A stretch of 64,000 nt of DNA. Origin: the human T2T-CHM13v2.0 reference genome, Homo sapiens. The stretch is taken from assembly GCF_009914755.1 (NCBI RefSeq), contig NC_060931.1. One strand, given 5' to 3'. Positions 58,440 to 64,000 of the stretch are shown one piece after another. The position numbers and the translations under genes are program-made. Numbering within the stretch: position 1 is the stretch's first letter; the number at the start of each line of letters is the position of its first letter. Under the pieces are notes generated by a model. The model was given only the letters and a program-made list of their open reading frames with translations, had not been told where the DNA came from and ran no database searches.

Positions 58440-59370
58440 TCTCTTTCACATCCTTTCAACAACGAATATACCAAAAACATACAGGTATTGAGCACCACAT
58501 TAAGCAAGGCCAAGTACATAGAGATAAATGAGGCACTGTAATTACTCACAAGGAGATTCTAAACTAATGGGATGAGAAGATGGAAATAAATCACAAGGGT
58601 GAATGCAGCTTTTATAAAAAGACAAAGGCATGGAGGCAAAGCTCAGGATTTGAATCCAGAACACTGTGAAGCACAAGTCTTACCAATCATTAGCTTTTTA
58701 TTGATTCAATGCAATCACCCAGGGTATTGAATTTTAGTTTACCCTTCTGCAAAATGGGCTTTTATGTGGAATCAAAAGAATACTTTTTATATAGCCCAAT
58801 ACAACTTGAAAAATACTGCAAAATACAAGCCAATAGGTTTTGAAGGATAGACGGTAACTCTATTCACTTGTTAATGATAAGAAATGTATTATATCTGCAC
58901 AAGTGTGCATTAATTTGCTAAGAAAGTGGTAGTGGAGTTTGGAAGACTTACACCTGCAGAAAACAAGAAAGAAGATATTTCCAGAGTAGAAAACAGTGTG
59001 GAAAAGGCAGGGAGATTGTAAAATGTAGGCTGTGTCCGGGAACATAGTATGATTGTATTCAACCAGAGAATGCGGACCACAAATACAGGGTTAGTGGAAA
59101 ATCACGTGAAAAGATAGGCTCGGGTCATGATGCTAGCGCCTTATGTACATGATGAAATAATCTCAATGCAATTTTAAATGTAATAGGTAACAAGGAAATG
59201 GTTTATGAAATAGTGACACAATCTATTCTGAATAGAAGGAAGACACAACTAACAGCAACATTAAGGATGGATTGGAGTTCAGAAAAAACAGGGTGGAAGA
59301 GGATTACAATCACGTGAGTGATGTTGAACTACAGCAGGAACAGTGTGAATGGTACAGCGACTGAGTGAGA
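58440..59370 (-). mobile_element. L2 fragments with an intervening MIR-like piece
   Basis: 'ttcaacaa...tattgagcacc', 'aggatggattggag', 'gaactacagcag'. Confidence 0.5.
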
Positions 59371-59379
59371 GACCCTGAT

Positions 59380-60270
59380 GACTCTGAAATTCCAATTATT
59401 AGTGAAGGCCTCACTCCAAACAACTAGACCTCTTTATTTAACCACCAGATATAAATTTCCAACTTGTGATCTTAATAGTATCTCAAATTCAACAAATATA
59501 TATATATTTTTTACTCTCTAAATGTGTTTTTTCCTCCTTATAACCACTGTTTCACCCCTAGATTTATTCATTCAATTGTCCCCACAAATGTTGAAGCCAG
59601 AATTTCCTATTTTGGCTAAAGATATCTGCAATGCACCCAGCTTCCTTCATAAGAAACATTGAATGAGATATTCCTTATGTTTTACATCCGGTAATTCACC
59701 ATGTCTTGTCCTTTCCTTCTTGTAAATATCTTTGCCATCTGAACTCTCCTTTTCCCTGTAGGCCACTGTCTTAAATTTGACTTTTGTCATTTCTCTTCTA
59801 CATTATTGCAAATGTTTTCCTGCCCCCCCAGACTTCTTACATCTTTCTCTTTCTAATTTAAGTTTATTAAGACACAATTTAAAATAGTAAATTTTACCCC
59901 TTTTAAAGGGGGTATAGTTGAATGGTTTTTACAAATTTATATAGCTATATTGCCACCTCAGAAAATATAGTATATTGCCATTAGTCTTCATACTCAATTG
60001 TGTAATGCCCTCCTCTTAGCCTCTCCCCTGGCATCATCTGTTTTAAATATGTTACATAATAATGCACTCTGCATTGCTGTCAGAATGCTTTTTCTAAAAT
60101 AAAAATCTCTTTGCTGAAAGATTTCAGTGAGTGACTTCCCATTACATTAATGGTCTATACATTAGCATGTCTGCTAAGACTCTTCATGATCTGATACCAT
60201 GCATCTCTCCTGTCTCATATTTACCCTTGTCCATCATGTACAACCTCTTCAGTCATTTCACACTTTTTAA
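59380..60270 (+). mobile_element. L2 fragments (with an antisense L1M piece at about 59855-60030)
   Basis: 'tctcaaattcaaca', 'cattgctgtcagaatgctttttctaaaa', 'cttcatgatctg'. Confidence 0.55.
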
Positions 60271-60811
60271 AATATTGAGTTTTTGTTAATTTTGGCCTTT
60301 AAACTATATCTCTTCTTTATTAATTTTATTTTATTAAAAAACAGTAGTTGCTCCATACAATATTAACCTACCATAGTCTGCCTTTAAATAAAACTATACT
60401 ATATCTTAATTTATATGAGCATTATTCTTTCTCTCTTCTTGTTTGCATTATTATTGTAATATAATTTATTTTTACATGTATTAGAAAGCTTATAGGAAAA
60501 ATTATTTTTCTTTGAATATTTATCTTTTAAAAATAATTTTAAATGAATTAATTATTTTATGATCACATATATCTAGTACTATTTATTGTTCTGTGTAGTT
60601 GTGAATTTCAATCTGATGTCATTCTCCTTCAGCCCCAACTATCATTTTTATATTTCTTGTAGTACAAGCCAGCTGCTGACAATTTTTTTCATCTTTGCTT
60701 GAATTAAAATGTCTATTTGGCATTCAATTTTTGAAATTTTTTTCCAGATATAAAATTTTAGGGTTTTTTTTCCTCTTATTTATTTAAAGATGTCACTTCA
60801 CTATTTTGGGG

Positions 60812-60816
<5 letters not shown>

Positions 60817-60851
<35 letters not shown>

Positions 60852-60853
60852 TG
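60817..60853 (+). repeat. (GT)n microsatellite
   Basis: Read directly. Confidence 0.93.
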
Positions 60854-61218
60854 TTTTCTGTTGTTGGTTTGCTTTGCATTGTTTCTGATGGGAAGGCAGT
60901 AGTAATTTTTTTACAGTGTATATAAGGTGTTCTTTCTTCTGGTGGCATTTAATATTGCCACTCTATGGTTACTTTTCTGAAATGTGAGTATAATGTGCTT
61001 TGGATTTGATTTATTTTATTATCCTGCCTGTGTTTTGTTGTGCTCCTTTGATCTGTGCATTTATATTTTTTATTCAATTTGGAAAACTCTTAGCTAGTAT
61101 TTTTTAAATATTGCTTTTGCTTCCACTTCTCCTATTTTTTGGACTCCAATTATACTAATAATATTTACATTAGACTAGTTGTCTTATATATATTGTCTCA
61201 TTATTTATGGAGGATTAG

Positions 61219-61237
61219 TTCTTTCTTTCTTTTTCTT

Positions 61238-61276
<39 letters not shown>

Positions 61277-61561
61277 CTCTTTTTTCTTTTTTGAGAACTT
61301 GGTCTTGTTCTGTCACCCAGGCTGGAGTGCATTGGTGTGATTAGGGCTCACTGAAGCCTCAGCTGATCCTCCCACCTCAGCCTCCTGAGTAGCTGGGACT
61401 ACAGGCCCCCACCAACGCGCCTGGATAATTCTTGTATTTTTAGTAGAGATGGGTTTTTGCCATGTTGGCCAGGCTTGTCTTGAACTCCTGACCTCAAGTG
61501 GTCTGCCTACCTCTGCCTCCCAAAGTCCTGGGATTACAGGCATGAGCCGCTGTGCCTGGCC
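61219..61561 (-). mobile_element. AluJb-like with (TC)n/T-rich tail
   Basis: 'gtcacccaggctggagtgca', 'gaactcctgacctcaagtg', 'gggattacaggcatgagcc'. Confidence 0.9.
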
Positions 61562-63250
61562 TCCTTCTCTTCTTTTCCAGACTTTGTTTACTTTTCTCTC
61601 TGTGCTTCAGTTTGGATATTTTCTATTTTCCTTCCATACAGTTCACAGACCTTTCTTTATAATCTGTTGCAAACTCTTTCTAATGTTTCTTTTATTTATT
61701 TATTTTTGCATGTAAGATATTGCATATTTAGAATCTGAAAGCTCCATTTGATTCGTTTTAACAGTTTCCATTTCTTTCTTCATTGAATTTAAATATTCTT
61801 TATAAACTTTGAACACATTTAAAATAGTTCTGCGGACCTTTCTCAAATTTCATCATCTCCGTCACTTTTGGGTCTATTTGTATTCTTTTTTTTTCTTCTG
61901 GTTATGAGACAAAGTTTTTTGTCCTTTGCCTACCTTTATCTTTTTTTAACCATAGGATAAGCATTGTAAAGGTGGAATTGTTGAGAGTCTCCCTGTTGTT
62001 ATTTCCCTTAATAATGGTTGACCTTTGTTCCAGCAGGCAGTTAATATACTTGAAGAGCAGCTTAATCATTTTAATAGTTTGCTTTTTATGATTTTAGGGT
62101 GTGCTCAGCATAGTTGTTACAGATAGTTTAACCCTACCACTAATATAGGGTATGTAATGGATGTCTAGTGTTCAAAGAGGTCTTTCCATTTGAGCCAGTG
62201 TGTACCCTTTCATTCTTAGACCCATGAAAGTTCTGGTAGTTATTCATATTATAACTTCCAGTAGTCACTTTTTGCCAGTCATTATGAAGTCTCACCCTAC
62301 AGATGCATAACTTAGTATTGAGCAAAATCTTCTAGGGGATCAAAAAAAATTATGTAGCTCTTTGTTTGAAATGCTCTCTTCCTTCTGGTATTCAGATTGC
62401 AAATTCCAGCTGTCCAGCCTCTGTGAACTCTCATTTTTCTCTCCTCAGCTCAGCAATTATGTTGTTATTTGTTTTCAAATATCGTTCTCTGTTTTATGGT
62501 TTGGAAAGCATCTCCAGGAAGAAACGTAGAGTAATTTTAGAACGTATATGGCTTATTTTTCCATTCTTAGGGATCACAGTCTTGCAATACTTTTTGTCCA
62601 ATATCAGAATACCATATACTCTCTCTTATTGGTGCTTTTGAAAAACAGAAATTAAAAATTTCCATATAGTCTAATTAATCAGTTTTTCCCTTTTCGTACT
62701 TCAAAGTAATAAATATATTCTCTTATTTTCTTCTTAAAATTTTTTGTTGTGCTATCTTTCACATTTAGATTTGCAATGTGAAGTAGGGTTCAGTTTTACG
62801 TTTATCAAAATAATCCAACTTTTTATTGAAAAGACAACCATTTTCCCCATGGAACTACAGTATTTTCTTTGTTACAAATTAGAAGAGTGATCTGTAAAAG
62901 TATTTTTCTCGACTCTATATTCTGTTTCATTCTTTAGTACACCTAATGTTGCTTCAAAACCACTTTGTCTTAAATATTATTGCTAAATAATAAGTATTCA
63001 TATTGGTAATATAAATCTCCTATATTTGTTCTGTCTGAATTTTTTTCTTTTTGCATTTCAGTACCTTTTAAATTTTGGTATAAATTTTAGAATCAGCTTG
63101 TTATTTATGCAAATATATCCCGCTGGGCTTTTTTATTAGGATTGTATTATATCTCTTTATAAATTATGTGGGTGTATATATACATGTGTAGTACATATAT
63201 ATAAATTTGAAGAGGATTTATATCTATGCAATATTAAGAATTCAATCTAT

Positions 63251-63539
63251 TTTTTTGTTTGTTTGTTTTTGAGAGAGGGACTTGCTCTGCCACCCACCCT
63301 GCAGTGTAGTGGCATGATCATTGCTCATGGCAGCCTCAATCCCCCTAGGCTCAAGTGGTCCTCCCACCTCAGCCTCCTGGGTAGCTGAAACCACAGGTGT
63401 ATGCCACCACACCTGGCTAGTTTCTAATTTTTTTTTTTTTTTGAGATAGGGTCTCACTATTTTGCCTAGGCTTAAGTGGTCCTCCCACCTTGGCCTCCCA
63501 AAGGGCTGTGATTACAGGTGTGAGCCATTGTGCCTGGTC
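63251..63539 (-). mobile_element. AluJ with a small left-arm deletion
   Basis: Antisense Alu, TSD tcaatctatt on both sides. Confidence 0.9.
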
Positions 63540-63744
63540 TCTCTCAATCTATTAATATGTATTTTCAACCTTTTATTTAGATCTTAAAATTCTCTCAGTA
63601 ATGCTTTGTAGTGTCTAGAGGTTTTTCACTGTTTTATTAGATTTATTCCTAAAATGAATGTTTCTTATATTATTGTGAATGGCATTGTTTATTCATTTCA
63701 TTTTTCATTTTGCATACTGATACTAAATATAAGAATTTTGATAA

Positions 63745-63995
63745 CTGCACAGTGAATACAGCAATCAAGATGAATTATCTATAACTATATGCAATAAAGT
63801 GGATGAATCTCACAAATGTATTAGTAAACAACAGAAGATAGACAAAACAAGGACTCTGATATGATTATACTTACAAGAAGTACAAAAACAGGTGATACAA
63901 ATCTCTGCTGTTAAATGTCAGGCTAGTGATTACATTTGGGGCATCATCACTATAAACTTCAAATGAGATTATGAACTGACAATGTCCTATTCCTT
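63745..63995 (+). mobile_element. L1ME 3' fragment
   Basis: 'gtggatgaatctcacaaa', 'aagtacaaaaacagg', 'gtcaggctagtgattac'. Confidence 0.65.
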
Positions 63996-64000
63996 TATTG

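Larger units (their letters stand above)
60330..63720 (-). mobile_element. Old L1M (L1ME-type) fragments interrupted by two Alus and microsatellites
   Basis: 'gcattgtttctgatgggaag', 'ttcaatttggaaaa', 'aattttagaatcagcttg', 'ttagatttattcct'. Confidence 0.65.

Noticed and set aside
58850-59830. Oppositely oriented L2 fragments as an L2-derived miRNA hairpin
   Set aside because: The fragments are not joined tail-to-tail and I see no extended complementarity at the junction.

Overview
This window is AT-rich, CpG-poor primate (human or great-ape type) genomic DNA. It is either intergenic or deep intronic, and I find no supportable host protein-coding exon, RNA gene or CpG island. It is mostly transposon debris: old L2, MIR, L3 and L1M fragments; MaLR and ERV LTRs; an ERV1 internal region; a Tigger1; about nine Alu/FLAM copies; a decayed full-length L1PA7/8-class element; and several younger L1PA2-PA5 insertions. 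All long ORFs in the track are L1 ORF1/ORF2 remnants or translations of a 347-bp GAA/GGA/GCA compound repeat. I see no new enzymatic or defence system. The most interesting signals are mechanistic. (i) An L1PA2 insertion has both a 14-bp fold-back 5' micro-inversion and a 44-bp 3' transduction with its own AATAAA and second poly(A). (ii) A composite insertion has an L1PA3 3' end, an older L1PA4/5 3' end and a short tag inside one 17-bp target-site duplication (TSD), which suggests an L1 transducing another L1. (iii) An L1PA2 shows textbook twin priming. (iv) Five locally templated insertions or duplications are present, two of them with an 'inverted copy made twice' architecture. (v) A long, interrupted GAA tract could form triplex DNA. 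Repeat subfamily names come from my recall of consensus sequences and need RepeatMasker/Dfam confirmation.
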